Source: an uncultured Thermoplasmatales archaeon
GTDB taxonomy: Archaea; Thermoplasmatota; E2; DHVEG-1
DNA length: 64,000 nt
Assembly (NCBI GenBank): GCA_964638175.1
Contig: CAZWZY010000001.1
Location: forward strand, 62,257-126,256
Direction of reading: 5' to 3'
Below the pieces are notes generated by a model. That model saw only the letters and a list, made by a program, of their open reading frames with translations. It was not told the origin of the DNA and searched no databases. Made by a program: the position numbers and the translations under genes. This document shows positions 19,141 to 28,792 of this stretch, one piece after another (within the stretch, counting starts at the first letter, position 1; every line of letters begins with the position of its first letter).

Positions 19141-20045
19141 ACAGGAGAAGACTTTGATCTGACAAGGTAGAGGAGAAGTTCATTTAACATCGTTTCTACA
19201 TGATGGTTTTTTCCCACTTCGACTAACTTTCCATTGATGGCGTCAATTTCTGTTCTCTTACCTTTCTGTATACTTTGCAGCATCGAGGATTGGTTATGTG
19301 CTGTTTTACGTATAACCTGTTTTGTTTTTTGTATTAGATCATTAGGAGAAAATGAAAAACCATTAGCCTGTGCAATGGCTGTTGATTCCTCGCATATTCT
19401 TTTAACAATAACTTCCAAGAGGGGATTTTGTAAGAGATATCCATTCTCACACCGAAAAAAAGCAGTAAGCGGGTTAATACTTGAATTGACGATGGTTTTT
19501 TCCCATAGCGCTGCGACAATATTTTTACTGATTGTTGTGGCAATTCCTACTTCATTAAAAATGTTGCAAATTTGTTGTACTCTCTCTGTCTTTTTACCGT
19601 GTAGTTCTCCAATAGTAGTATCTCCAAAACCAGTATGGTAAATGGTACCTGGCTTGGAAAAAATCGAACCGTGGGTGGTAATACCAGCAAATATCTGTTT
19701 CTTAGGGATAACTCGCCCGATGTTCTCGATATTCCCTAACCCGTTTTGGAGAGAAAGGACAATAGTATGTTTATCTATGTAAGAGGCAATTAGTCTACTA
19801 GTAAAAAAGGTATCAAATGATTTAACAGTAAATAAAAGAAGGTCTATTTGTGATTTAACGTCTATAATGGATTCTGCAGTAGAGGGGGTAACAACTGCTT
19901 CTGTCTTTCCATGAAGGTGCAAACCATTGGTCTTGATGGCCTGTACATGGCTATGACGGCCAATTAACGTAACCATATGCTTTTTTGAGAGAAAAGCACC
20001 AAACAGGGACCCAATGGCACCAGCACCCATAACGACAATGTTCAT
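19137..20045 (-). CDS. panE: 2-dehydropantoate 2-reductase
   Basis: MNIVVMGAGAIGSLFGA Rossmann start and ApbA/PanE-like length and C-terminus. Confidence 0.8.
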   Translation of the reverse strand: MNIVVMGAGAIGSLFGAFLSKKHMVTLIGRHSHVQAIKTNGLHLHGKTEAVVTPSTAESIIDVKSQIDLLLFTVKSFDTFFTSRLIASYIDKHTIVLSLQNGLGNIENIGRVIPKKQIFAGITTHGSIFSKPGTIYHTGFGDTTIGELHGKKTERVQQICNIFNEVGIATTISKNIVAALWEKTIVNSSINPLTAFFRCENGYLLQNPLLEVIVKRICEESTAIAQANGFSFSPNDLIQKTKQVIRKTAHNQSSMLQSIQKGKRTEIDAINGKLVEVGKNHHVETMLNELLLYLVRSKSSPV

Positions 20046-20956
20046 AGTGGTACCCCTCTTTCTTTACATTCTTGCTGGATGCTCTCTCGCTCCATAGATA
20101 TCAGAGGGGTGAGTATAGGAACGGGTAATTGTAACTTTAAAGCTGCTAGTTCCTGGACGGTTCTCTTTGGATTTTTGGAAAGAGTATGGTTTGTTGCTAC
20201 CGCAAGACATTTTTTTTCTATTGAGACATTGCGAATTTCTCTTACCTGCTTTTTCTCTGTTAAACTACTTGTGATGATATGAGGTTCTTGAAACCAATAA
20301 CGGAAAAAAGAGGTGATTTGTTCGGGGGCTAGATTTGTGGTACTAAAAATAAGAAGATTGCACCCTCTGTGCATCAGATACCATGCAGCCAAGAACGAAT
20401 AGAGATTATCAATCACTGCCAGGACAGCCCCTTGGGTTCCAAGCGGCATACCACCAACTCCAGATATCTTTTCAAAAAAAAGATATGCTTTATCGTTTCT
20501 AATTTCAATGAAGATGATGATGTCTGGCGTAGTAAGATCGACAGTGGCGTTTGTTTTGCATATCAACACATCTCCGATGTTTACTGCCACATCTTGACTG
20601 GAGAATGGATGTTTTCCTGTTCTTGTTACTCGAAGGGCAAAACTGGTATCTTTAGAGAGTTTTTTTTCTGAAATTTTCTGTGCAACAGCACCAATTTGAT
20701 CGAGAGTTGCTTTCGTCTCAAAAGCGGGACTGAAGGAGGTTATTCCAAATACTCGCGATAATGCATTCAATGATGGAGAGAGACGGCCGGTACGAACATA
20801 AATGCGGCCTCGGTCTTTATTTATACTACAAGCAATGTTATGATGAGTAAGGGCATTTCTGATATTTGCCACCAATTTTGATTCGAAACTCTTTCGCACG
20901 TAGGGGCTTTTTAACGAAAGTTCTCCATAGCGCACCAGTATAACATCGTAGTTCAT
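20042..20956 (-). CDS. ThiI-like THUMP-domain protein with a non-canonical PP-loop
   Basis: N-terminus …ILVRYGELSLKSPYVRKSFE… matches the ThiI ferredoxin-like/THUMP module. ThiI's PLGSxGK..LLSGGIDSPVA is replaced here by PLGTQGAVLAVIDNLYSFLA, so the SGGxDS motif is missing. Confidence 0.5.
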   Translation of the reverse strand: MNYDVILVRYGELSLKSPYVRKSFESKLVANIRNALTHHNIACSINKDRGRIYVRTGRLSPSLNALSRVFGITSFSPAFETKATLDQIGAVAQKISEKKLSKDTSFALRVTRTGKHPFSSQDVAVNIGDVLICKTNATVDLTTPDIIIFIEIRNDKAYLFFEKISGVGGMPLGTQGAVLAVIDNLYSFLAAWYLMHRGCNLLIFSTTNLAPEQITSFFRYWFQEPHIITSSLTEKKQVREIRNVSIEKKCLAVATNHTLSKNPKRTVQELAALKLQLPVPILTPLISMERESIQQECKERGVPL

Positions 20957-21065
20957 GTGAAATCAACATTCTCTATGTGCTACATTAGAGTTTTTACTAT
21001 AGGCCATACTATACTTGTCATTAAAAAATTTAGGTAGAGGTACATCATTCCTATTTAGAGTATGG

Positions 21066-21698
21066 TTAGAGACTTAATGTTGGAAGCCATTCAGCAATAC
21101 CTGTCAATGCAAATTGAACAGAAATGGCAACGGTCAGTAATCCCATAACTCTGGTGAGTGCATCCATGCCCTTTTTTCCCAGGATTTTGATAACAACAAT
21201 AGAGCTCATAAAAACAGCAAAGGTGATAATCATCGTAAGAATAATTGCAGGTATGACAAACCAGAGTGCATTATCGATGGTTTGCATGCTCACGATGGTG
21301 ACTGTTATTGCTCCCGGTCCTGAGAGAGATGGCAGCGCAAGAGGAACGAGTGCGTAATCATCAGCAGAGGGTTGTGTTTTATCTGGCGGTGCTTCTCCAA
21401 ATTGTTCTCCTCGGCGCAACATATCAAGCCCCACAAAGCCAAGCAAAATACCGCCTGCAATGCGTAATGCAGGAATAGAGACACCAAGATACTGAAGAAT
21501 GGAAGAACCAGCAAACGCAAAGATAAATAATAAAATTGCTGCATAGATTACTGCTTTTTTTGCAACAGAAAGGCGTTCCTTTTTTGTGCATTTGCTTGTA
21601 ACAATAGAAAAAAGAGCGAGTGTTGACGAGGGATTGACAATTATAAACAGAGGAATGAACACAGCGAGAAATGCCTGGAGCATAGCCGTGGTATTCAA
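21066..21698 (-). CDS. MarC-family (UPF0056) integral membrane protein
   Basis: Six-TM 210-aa protein with a MarC-like pattern. Confidence 0.7.
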   Translation of the reverse strand: MNTTAMLQAFLAVFIPLFIIVNPSSTLALFSIVTSKCTKKERLSVAKKAVIYAAILLFIFAFAGSSILQYLGVSIPALRIAGGILLGFVGLDMLRRGEQFGEAPPDKTQPSADDYALVPLALPSLSGPGAITVTIVSMQTIDNALWFVIPAIILTMIITFAVFMSSIVVIKILGKKGMDALTRVMGLLTVAISVQFALTGIAEWLPTLSL

Positions 21699-21905
21699 AA
21701 ATCGTTTTATTAATGTTTGGTGAGTGATGATAGAGAAGCAAAAGGAAAAATAAGTTGTGCCATTAAGATTTTATAGCAAAAACGCATTTCTTTCACTAAT
21801 TTGTAATGGATGGGTAATAGGTAGGGAATGTTACTATTCTTTCTTATTACCAGATGAAGAAGTGGATACAAGATAGGTAAGAGTATCCCATAGTATAATA
21901 GGGAT

Positions 21906-23213
21906 GTGCTAATGGAAACACCAGATGTTGTAAAAGAATTACGAGAAAGAGAACGACTTGGAAAACTTTCAACTGGAATGGCTTTTCCACAAATAACTTC
22001 TAATGAAGTCGTAGAGAGAGAGACGAAACAAATAAGTAAACATCAATTTCCCATTACTACTACCGTTCCATTAGCATATGTCGCTAAGCGCAAAACAAAA
22101 GAAGAAGAGTTGAAAATTAAAGATAGTGCTATTGAATCTTCCATCAATGCCATTGCCATTACTGATATGAATGGAAACATCTCATACGTAAACCGTTCTT
22201 TTTTAGAGATGTGGGGGTATGCTGATAAACAAGAAGTATTAGGTCGACCTGCAGTAAAATTCTGGCAGATGAAGGGACAGTATGTAGAGATTATGGATAG
22301 ACTTATGGCAAAAGGCGGATGGGTTGGCGAACTTGTTGCAGAACGGAAAAATGGCACACCATTTGATGTACATCTTTCCTCAACTATGGTAAAAGATGCC
22401 CAAGGTGAATCATTGTGCATGATGGCATCTTTTGTTGACATTACAGAAGGAAAACGGGCAAAAAAAGCGTTGGCAGACTTGAACAAAAATCTTGAAGAAA
22501 AAGTAAAAGAGCGGACTGATCAAGTAGAAAAATTATTGAGACAAAAAGATGAGTTTATTGGACAGCTTGGTCACGATATAAAAACGCCGTTAACGCCCTT
22601 GGTAACATTACTGCCAATTATCAAGAAAAAAGAACAAGATCCTAAATTGAGGGAACTTCTTGATGTAACAATTAACAATGTCTCTACCATGAAAGAATTG
22701 GTGGTAAAGACCCTTGAACTAGCTCGACTGAATTCAGAAAAAACAACGTTTGATCTTCAGGGAATCGACCTCTTAACAATTATTAAAGACTGTATTACTA
22801 CTCAGCAGTCGCTCTATGAATCCCATAATATTATTATCCAAAATAATATTGTCGAACCTCTGATAGCCAAGGCAGAAAAACTACATATACAGGCACTTAT
22901 AGATAATCTGTTGAAAAATGCCATTAAGTTTACTCCCATCCAGGGAAAAATTACTATCGATGCTGATGAAGATGAAAATACGGTAACTATTTCAATCAGA
23001 GATACGGGCATCGGCCTTACAAAAGAACAATTGGAGCGTGTGTTTGATGAATTCTATAAAGCCGATAATTCTCGTCATGACATAGACGGTAGTGGACTTG
23101 GTCTTGCCATTTGTAAACGCATCGTTGAAAGATATGGTGGTAAGATATGGGCTGAAAGTCCAGGACTGGGGAAAGGATCAATATTTTCGTTTATGTTACA
23201 AAAAGCCGTATGA
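21906..23213 (+). CDS. PAS-domain sensor histidine kinase
   Basis: PAS region (…AIAITDMNGNISYVNRSFLEMWGY…), H-box (LGHDIKTPL) and HATPase_c (…DTGIGL…GSGLGLAI…). Confidence 0.85.
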   Translation: MLMETPDVVKELRERERLGKLSTGMAFPQITSNEVVERETKQISKHQFPITTTVPLAYVAKRKTKEEELKIKDSAIESSINAIAITDMNGNISYVNRSFLEMWGYADKQEVLGRPAVKFWQMKGQYVEIMDRLMAKGGWVGELVAERKNGTPFDVHLSSTMVKDAQGESLCMMASFVDITEGKRAKKALADLNKNLEEKVKERTDQVEKLLRQKDEFIGQLGHDIKTPLTPLVTLLPIIKKKEQDPKLRELLDVTINNVSTMKELVVKTLELARLNSEKTTFDLQGIDLLTIIKDCITTQQSLYESHNIIIQNNIVEPLIAKAEKLHIQALIDNLLKNAIKFTPIQGKITIDADEDENTVTISIRDTGIGLTKEQLERVFDEFYKADNSRHDIDGSGLGLAICKRIVERYGGKIWAESPGLGKGSIFSFMLQKAV

Positions 23214-23261
23214 GTGTGAGAAAATATAGGTATTTTAAGTCACGAATTTTTGAATAAATAG

Positions 23262-23347
23262 TGCAGGGGAGGAGATTCGAACTCCCGAACCTCTACAGGA
23301 ACAGATCTTGAGTCTGCCGCCGTTGACCTGGCTTGGCTACCCCTGCA
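23262..23347 (-). tRNA. tRNA-Leu (anticodon CAA), class II with a long variable arm
   Basis: Reverse complement GCAGGGGTAGCCAAGCCAGGTCAACGGCGGCAGACTCAAGATCTGTTCCTGTAGAGGTTCGGGAGTTCGAATCTCCTCCCCTGCA. It has a 7-bp acceptor stem, anticodon stem GCAGA/TCTGT with loop CTCAAGA, a long extra arm and a GTTCGAATC T-loop. Confidence 0.85.
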
Positions 23348-23469
23348 GATGAGAAAGACAAAAACAAATGGAGCATAATAAATATTTAGGTTATTTGTAT
23401 GAAAAGATGCTTTTTACCTATATATTTATTTAATTCAAATATATTTATATAATTATAGCAAATATCTTT

Positions 23470-24963
23470 TTGTGGGAGGCAGATATTATCCCAAAACAGG
23501 AACACTGGAGTTCGCGGTTCGCTTTTATTATGGCAGCGGTTGGTTCAGCAGTAGGTCTTGGTAACGTTTGGAGATTTCCGTATGTCTGCTATGAAAATGG
23601 CGGGGGTGCCTTCCTAATTCCGTATTTTGTAGCGTTATTTACCGCTGGAATTCCGTTATTGATTCTTGAATTTACGGTTGGCCATTGGGCGCGAGCCGCA
23701 CCACCTGAAGCATTCAAAAAAATTGGTAAAAAATGGGAATGGATGGGGTGGTGGACCGTGCTAATTCCCTTTGCTGTAGCAACATACTATGTCGCAGTAA
23801 TGGCATGGTGTTTCTCGTATATGATTTATTCAATAGATCTGCGGTGGGGAGCACAGGCTGGATCCTTTTTTACCAGATTTCTTGGAGACACGGGCAGTCC
23901 AATGGAGATAGGGGGAATTAGTTTACCAATTCTATTGGGGCTTGTTGTTGTGTGGTTTTCGATCTTTTTCATTCTCTATAAAGGAGTGAAGCGCATTAGT
24001 AAAATAGTTGCGTTAACTGTTCCAATCCCTACAATTTTATTAATAATTTTGACTATCCGGGGGTTAACTCTCCCTGGAGCAATGGAGGGAATAAGTTATT
24101 ATCTTACACCTAACTTTGCTAGCCTTGGAGACGTGAACGTTTGGACAGCTGCATTTGCACAGGTGTTCTTTTCGTTAAGTCTTGCCCAAGGGATCATGAT
24201 CACCTATGCAAGTTTTCTTAAGAAAAAATCAGATTTAACAAATAACGCATTTATTGTTGCTCTTGCAGATGCGGGAACTGCCTTTCTTGCGGGTTTTGCA
24301 GTGTTCAGTGTCGTTGGGTATCTAACAGTATCACAAGACATAGGTATGGCTGATTTAAATATCGTTGGTCCCGGGCTTACTTTTATTACCTATCCAACTG
24401 CCATATCACTATTACCTTTTGCCGCATCCATATTTGGGATTATCTTTTTCATAGCATTGCTTACCTTTGGCATTGATTCAGCATTTTCCATGATGGAACC
24501 TATTGCAGCAAGTGTAAATGAAAAATGGAGAATATCAAAAGCAAAAGCAACGGGCATGATGTGTATCTTTGGCTTTTTTTTAAGTTTACTATTTGCTACG
24601 GGCGGTGGCATACATTGGTTAAAAATATTGGACCATTTCATAAATAATTTTGGATTAGTAGTGATAGGTTTAGCTGAATGTATCATATTAGGATGGATGT
24701 ATCAGATTTATCGTCTGCGTGAACATGCAAACGAAACATCAGAGATACTGCTGGGGAAATGGTGGGATGTACTCATAAAGTTTGTAATACCTGGAATATT
24801 AATTGTACTTCTTAGTGTAACGATTTTCAATAATATCATTGCAAATCCCTATCCTGAGTATTCACCATGGGCGTTAGTGATTGGTGGCATGCTTCCAGTT
24901 ATTGTATTGTTTACGCTGTCGTTTTTATTGATGAAAATCAAAGGCACGGGGGTGAAAACATAG
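23470..24963 (+). CDS. Sodium-dependent transporter, NSS/SNF family
   Basis: …WSSRFAFIMAAVGSAVGLGNVWRFPY… NSS signature in a 12-TM 497-aa protein. Confidence 0.9.
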   Translation: MWEADIIPKQEHWSSRFAFIMAAVGSAVGLGNVWRFPYVCYENGGGAFLIPYFVALFTAGIPLLILEFTVGHWARAAPPEAFKKIGKKWEWMGWWTVLIPFAVATYYVAVMAWCFSYMIYSIDLRWGAQAGSFFTRFLGDTGSPMEIGGISLPILLGLVVVWFSIFFILYKGVKRISKIVALTVPIPTILLIILTIRGLTLPGAMEGISYYLTPNFASLGDVNVWTAAFAQVFFSLSLAQGIMITYASFLKKKSDLTNNAFIVALADAGTAFLAGFAVFSVVGYLTVSQDIGMADLNIVGPGLTFITYPTAISLLPFAASIFGIIFFIALLTFGIDSAFSMMEPIAASVNEKWRISKAKATGMMCIFGFFLSLLFATGGGIHWLKILDHFINNFGLVVIGLAECIILGWMYQIYRLREHANETSEILLGKWWDVLIKFVIPGILIVLLSVTIFNNIIANPYPEYSPWALVIGGMLPVIVLFTLSFLLMKIKGTGVKT

Positions 24964-24986
24964 GGTTATCGCCTTCAGCTATTGTT

Positions 24987-25064
24987 ATGCTACTCTTTGG
25001 TTCTGTTGTACTCTATGGTGGACTTTCCTATTTTTTATATAGAGCGCTCAAGAGAAAAAGATAG
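24987..25064 (+). CDS. Possible single-TM micro-subunit of the NSS transporter (25 aa)
   Basis: MLLFGSVVLYGGLSYFLYRALKRKR is one hydrophobic helix plus a basic tail. It starts 24 nt after the transporter stop and resembles the small NSS partner subunits described in bacteria. Confidence 0.3.
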   Translation: MLLFGSVVLYGGLSYFLYRALKRKR

Positions 25065-25068
25065 ATGA

Positions 25069-25824
25069 TTACAATCGTGAAACAATACGCTGTTCTAACT
25101 CATTTACTTGTTTTCTCATATCAGTATCATAATCAAATATAACATCGTAGACAATATTCGTCAAGATGAGTGGTTCAGGAGGCGCAAGGCCAAAATCCAC
25201 TGTTTTTTCAGGATTATGAAGTGCTTCAACAAGATGTTCTTTTGCTAACTCTCCACGTGCAGCTTTTTCGGTAGCTGCTAGTATTCGTCTAATTTGGTGC
25301 CATAAGAACGTCTGTGCATAAAAATCGAAAACAAAAAATGAATCTGTTTCAGTAATCACGACATTGCCAATGGTGCGGACTGGTTCTTTAAATGGTTCCA
25401 CTCGTGCAAAATTACTGAGATTGTGTTCTCCAGTAAACAATGAGGATGAAGAGAGTAGCACATCAGGATCGATAGAATGCTTCTTTAGATAGTAACGGTA
25501 CGATCTTGTCTGTGCATGGCGTGGATAAAAAGAAGTATCAACCTGGGCTATCCCATAAAAAATAATATCAGACGATTCTTTAGAAAGGGTTCGTAAAAGA
25601 TTGCTTGCTGATGCAATGGTATTAAAAGCAACCACATTACAGAGTGCGGAAACTCCTTTATCAGTTCGACTTGCTGAACGGAACATCGATTCTGCCGTGT
25701 CTTCGATAAATCCATGTTTGATTAACAAAGAGACAATATCTCCTTCTACTGTTTTTACCTGAGGTTGGCGTGCATAGCCATGAAACGGTTTTCCATCGTA
25801 AGCAAATTGTAAGGCAAGACGCAT
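25069..25824 (-). CDS. truA: tRNA pseudouridine(38-40) synthase
   Basis: MRLALQFAYDGKPFHGYARQP… N-terminus and catalytic …RTDKGVSA… motif. Confidence 0.85.
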   Translation of the reverse strand: MRLALQFAYDGKPFHGYARQPQVKTVEGDIVSLLIKHGFIEDTAESMFRSASRTDKGVSALCNVVAFNTIASASNLLRTLSKESSDIIFYGIAQVDTSFYPRHAQTRSYRYYLKKHSIDPDVLLSSSSLFTGEHNLSNFARVEPFKEPVRTIGNVVITETDSFFVFDFYAQTFLWHQIRRILAATEKAARGELAKEHLVEALHNPEKTVDFGLAPPEPLILTNIVYDVIFDYDTDMRKQVNELEQRIVSRL

Positions 25825-25917
25825 TGTCTTCTAAAGTAGGTGAAGACATAAAAGAATTATGATGGTGTAAGTAAGATAACTCTTTAAAAAGATGAGTTAT
25901 ATTACCTGTGAACGCGA

Positions 25918-27207
25918 ATGCCACGAAAAACATCCATCGCCAAAAAATTGAAACAAGCGGGAGCAGAGGAGGGAGACAGAATACGAGTGGAAACACAAAC
26001 AGCAACAAAGGAAGGTGTGCTCATGCCTCACCACCAGTTCAGTGACGAGGATATCGTTACTATCAAACTAGACAATGGCTATAACATTGGTCTTGCCGTC
26101 GATAAAAACACAAAGATTGTGCTGCTGAAAAAACATAAAGCAAAGGAGAAAAAGGCAAAAACAATACCATTTGATAGCAAGAAACCAACAGTTTCTATTA
26201 TTGGGACTGGAGGGACTATTGCTTGTTATGTTGATTATCGGACTGGGGCTGTACACCCCGCAAGTTCTGCAGAAGATTTGGCATTTTCAGTACCTGAAAT
26301 TTTTGATATCTGTAATGTAAAAACACAAGTAGCGTTTCAGATTCTCAGTGAAAATATTGAAGTAGATCATTGGAGAACGCTTGCAAAAACGATAGCAAAA
26401 GAATTGAATGGGGGTGCACGCGGAGTTATTATTCCTCATGGTACTGATACACTGGGATATACTGCTGCTGCGTTGTCATTCATGTTGAAGGGACTTACTG
26501 GTCCTGTGGTACTCGTTGGCGCACAACGATCAAGTGATCGGCCGTCTTCAGATGCTGCTCAAAACCTTATTGCGGCAGCAACCGTCGCAGCCACGTCAGA
26601 TATTGGAGAAGTTGTTGTGGTTATGCACGAAGAAATATCAGATTCATATTCTGCTATTCATCGGGGGACAAAAGTTCGGAAGTTTCACACCTCACGCAGA
26701 GACGCATTCAAGACAGTAAACGACGTTCCTTTGGGACGGGTTGAAAACGGAAAGATTACTTTTAACAAAGAGTACCGGAAAAAAACGAAAGGAAAGGTTA
26801 CCGTAGACGACGGTATGGAAGAGAGCATAAGTATGGTCTTTTCTCGGCCGGGATTAAAACCTGAAGATCTGCCCACAAAAAAAGGGATAGTGTTAATTGG
26901 TACCGGTTTAGGACACATCCCTCAAAAAATAATTCCGAAAATTAAAGACTTAGGAAAGAAAGGATCAATTATCGTTATGTCTTCCCAATGTCTCTTTGGG
27001 CGGATAAACATGAGAGTATATTCAACCGGAAGAGATTTGCTTAAGGCCGGGGTGATTTCTTGTGAAGATATGCTGCCTGAGACCGCTTACGTAAAGCTGA
27101 TGTGGGCCCTCGCACATGGAAAGAATAGAGAGGATATCAAACGCATCATGACTAAAAATATAGCGGGGGAACTTTCCGAACGAACTCGCAGCGATGCATA
27201 TCTATAA
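25918..27207 (+). CDS. gatD: Glutamyl-tRNA(Gln) amidotransferase subunit D
   Basis: N-terminal GatD-specific domain followed by an asparaginase-like domain (…IIGTGGTIA…HGTDT…). Confidence 0.85.
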   Translation: MPRKTSIAKKLKQAGAEEGDRIRVETQTATKEGVLMPHHQFSDEDIVTIKLDNGYNIGLAVDKNTKIVLLKKHKAKEKKAKTIPFDSKKPTVSIIGTGGTIACYVDYRTGAVHPASSAEDLAFSVPEIFDICNVKTQVAFQILSENIEVDHWRTLAKTIAKELNGGARGVIIPHGTDTLGYTAAALSFMLKGLTGPVVLVGAQRSSDRPSSDAAQNLIAAATVAATSDIGEVVVVMHEEISDSYSAIHRGTKVRKFHTSRRDAFKTVNDVPLGRVENGKITFNKEYRKKTKGKVTVDDGMEESISMVFSRPGLKPEDLPTKKGIVLIGTGLGHIPQKIIPKIKDLGKKGSIIVMSSQCLFGRINMRVYSTGRDLLKAGVISCEDMLPETAYVKLMWALAHGKNREDIKRIMTKNIAGELSERTRSDAYL

Positions 27208-27215
27208 TTTAGTTT

Positions 27216-27605
27216 TTAGGCGTGTTTTTCTGCGATATCGCCGATGATTGGTAATTTAAATTTTTCTCCCTGGTATGCTTTGATTATAAATATAACCCAT
27301 AGTATGGCAGTGATTGCCCAAATTGCCCACGACAGCCAAATTAAGGCGGGGATACCAGGATTATAACCAGTTGGAACAGTATACCCCATGTAACTACTGT
27401 AGGTAACACTAGGCGATCCTATCCAAATGAATATCCATCCAAGTATCATCAAAGGCAAAAAAGTTAAAAAAGATTGTAATGCGTGAAATCTTACTGTTTT
27501 GTTCTTCTTTTCGACCAAATACATAACTATTCCTGTTATCCATACCAAAACATAACACAAAACACTTGCGACGTTTTCCTCTAAACCAAAGGTTGCTTTT
27601 GCCAT
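27216..27605 (-). CDS. Small membrane protein, DUF4870-like
   Basis: …RFHALQSFLTF… motif flanked by TM helices. Confidence 0.45.
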   Translation of the reverse strand: MAKATFGLEENVASVLCYVLVWITGIVMYLVEKKNKTVRFHALQSFLTFLPLMILGWIFIWIGSPSVTYSSYMGYTVPTGYNPGIPALIWLSWAIWAITAILWVIFIIKAYQGEKFKLPIIGDIAEKHA

Positions 27606-27637
27606 AACTTCTTCTCTCCCATTTGGTTCTAGAATAT

Positions 27638-28696
27638 CTATTTGCTGTATTTATCTATTGCGTTTTGTTTCATTGGAAAAATAAAAAGTTTACTATTGGT
27701 TTTTACTATTGATATTTTTTCGGTATTAAATCTAACTTTTTTTGGTTTTATGACTTCCAATGTCTCAAACGTATCTGGATTCATAACCTGTATTTCCTGT
27801 TCAGATTGGCTAACAAGAATCATCTCTTTGATAAGTTCTTTTCCTCCAAGAAGACGAGCCTGCTGAAGATCGTTACTAGTGAAAGTTTGTGTTTGCCATG
27901 TTGAGAGTTCATACGTGTGTATTTTATTTCCTGCGACGCTTGAAACACAATATATTAAATTGTTGAGAGAGAAGAAATCGTCTTTTTTGAAAAAAGGAAG
28001 GCGGACAAGGTAGGTCATCCGATAGACTTGTCTGCTGTCTTTCATCCCCACATTTTTGGAGGATTGTTTGATGTTACCGCCATATTCTTCTTGAATTTTT
28101 TTTGCGATCACTTGTCCCGTGCTTCTATCACTAAGATAAAAATCAAGGCCACCGTGTTGTTCATCAACATCAGTAATAAACAATGCACGATTTCCCTTTG
28201 CTTGTAGCTGCTCAACAAAACTCTCTATAGAAAGACTGATATTGTTGAGTTCTTTTTTTGTCAGAGGGCGTTTATCTGCTCTGATTTGCAGAATGGCTTC
28301 GTGATAACCACCAAACCGTTTCGAGCAGACATCACATACTGTCTTTTGAAAGCGAATGAGGATGTCGTGTTCTTCAGTAATCGTTGTTTTGTCTATGTCT
28401 CCAGAAATAAATGCTTTACAAAATGCCTCATTTTTTTTCATATTACATGAGGTAGTAATGGTCACGTTGGTTAATTCAGGACTGATGGTAAAGACATGTT
28501 TGATGTATCGCCTGACTACATCATCAAAGAGTTCTGAGGTCCATGTATTCTTATACTTATATGATTGGCAATGGGAGCAAACAGGAATATCAATTATTTT
28601 AGGGGCTTTGGTAAACTGGTGTGTTTTAAGATAACACTCGATGCAAACACCGTCCCGAAAGACAGTTGTTTCTTTGCCGCATTCTACGCAGAACAT
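27638..28696 (-). CDS. NMD3-family protein (archaeal homolog of the 60S export adaptor)
   Basis: N-terminal Cys4 clusters (CVECGKE…CIECY…CSHCQSY…) and a ~350-aa length typical of archaeal NMD3 domain proteins. Confidence 0.55.
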   Translation of the reverse strand: MFCVECGKETTVFRDGVCIECYLKTHQFTKAPKIIDIPVCSHCQSYKYKNTWTSELFDDVVRRYIKHVFTISPELTNVTITTSCNMKKNEAFCKAFISGDIDKTTITEEHDILIRFQKTVCDVCSKRFGGYHEAILQIRADKRPLTKKELNNISLSIESFVEQLQAKGNRALFITDVDEQHGGLDFYLSDRSTGQVIAKKIQEEYGGNIKQSSKNVGMKDSRQVYRMTYLVRLPFFKKDDFFSLNNLIYCVSSVAGNKIHTYELSTWQTQTFTSNDLQQARLLGGKELIKEMILVSQSEQEIQVMNPDTFETLEVIKPKKVRFNTEKISIVKTNSKLFIFPMKQNAIDKYSK

Positions 28697-28792
28697 GACG
28701 CGCCTCTAGATGGGGATTTTTCTTAAGGAGATAAAACACGATGTGTTATAAGCGTTGAGGTTATTTATGAGCAAATGATTACATAACAACTG

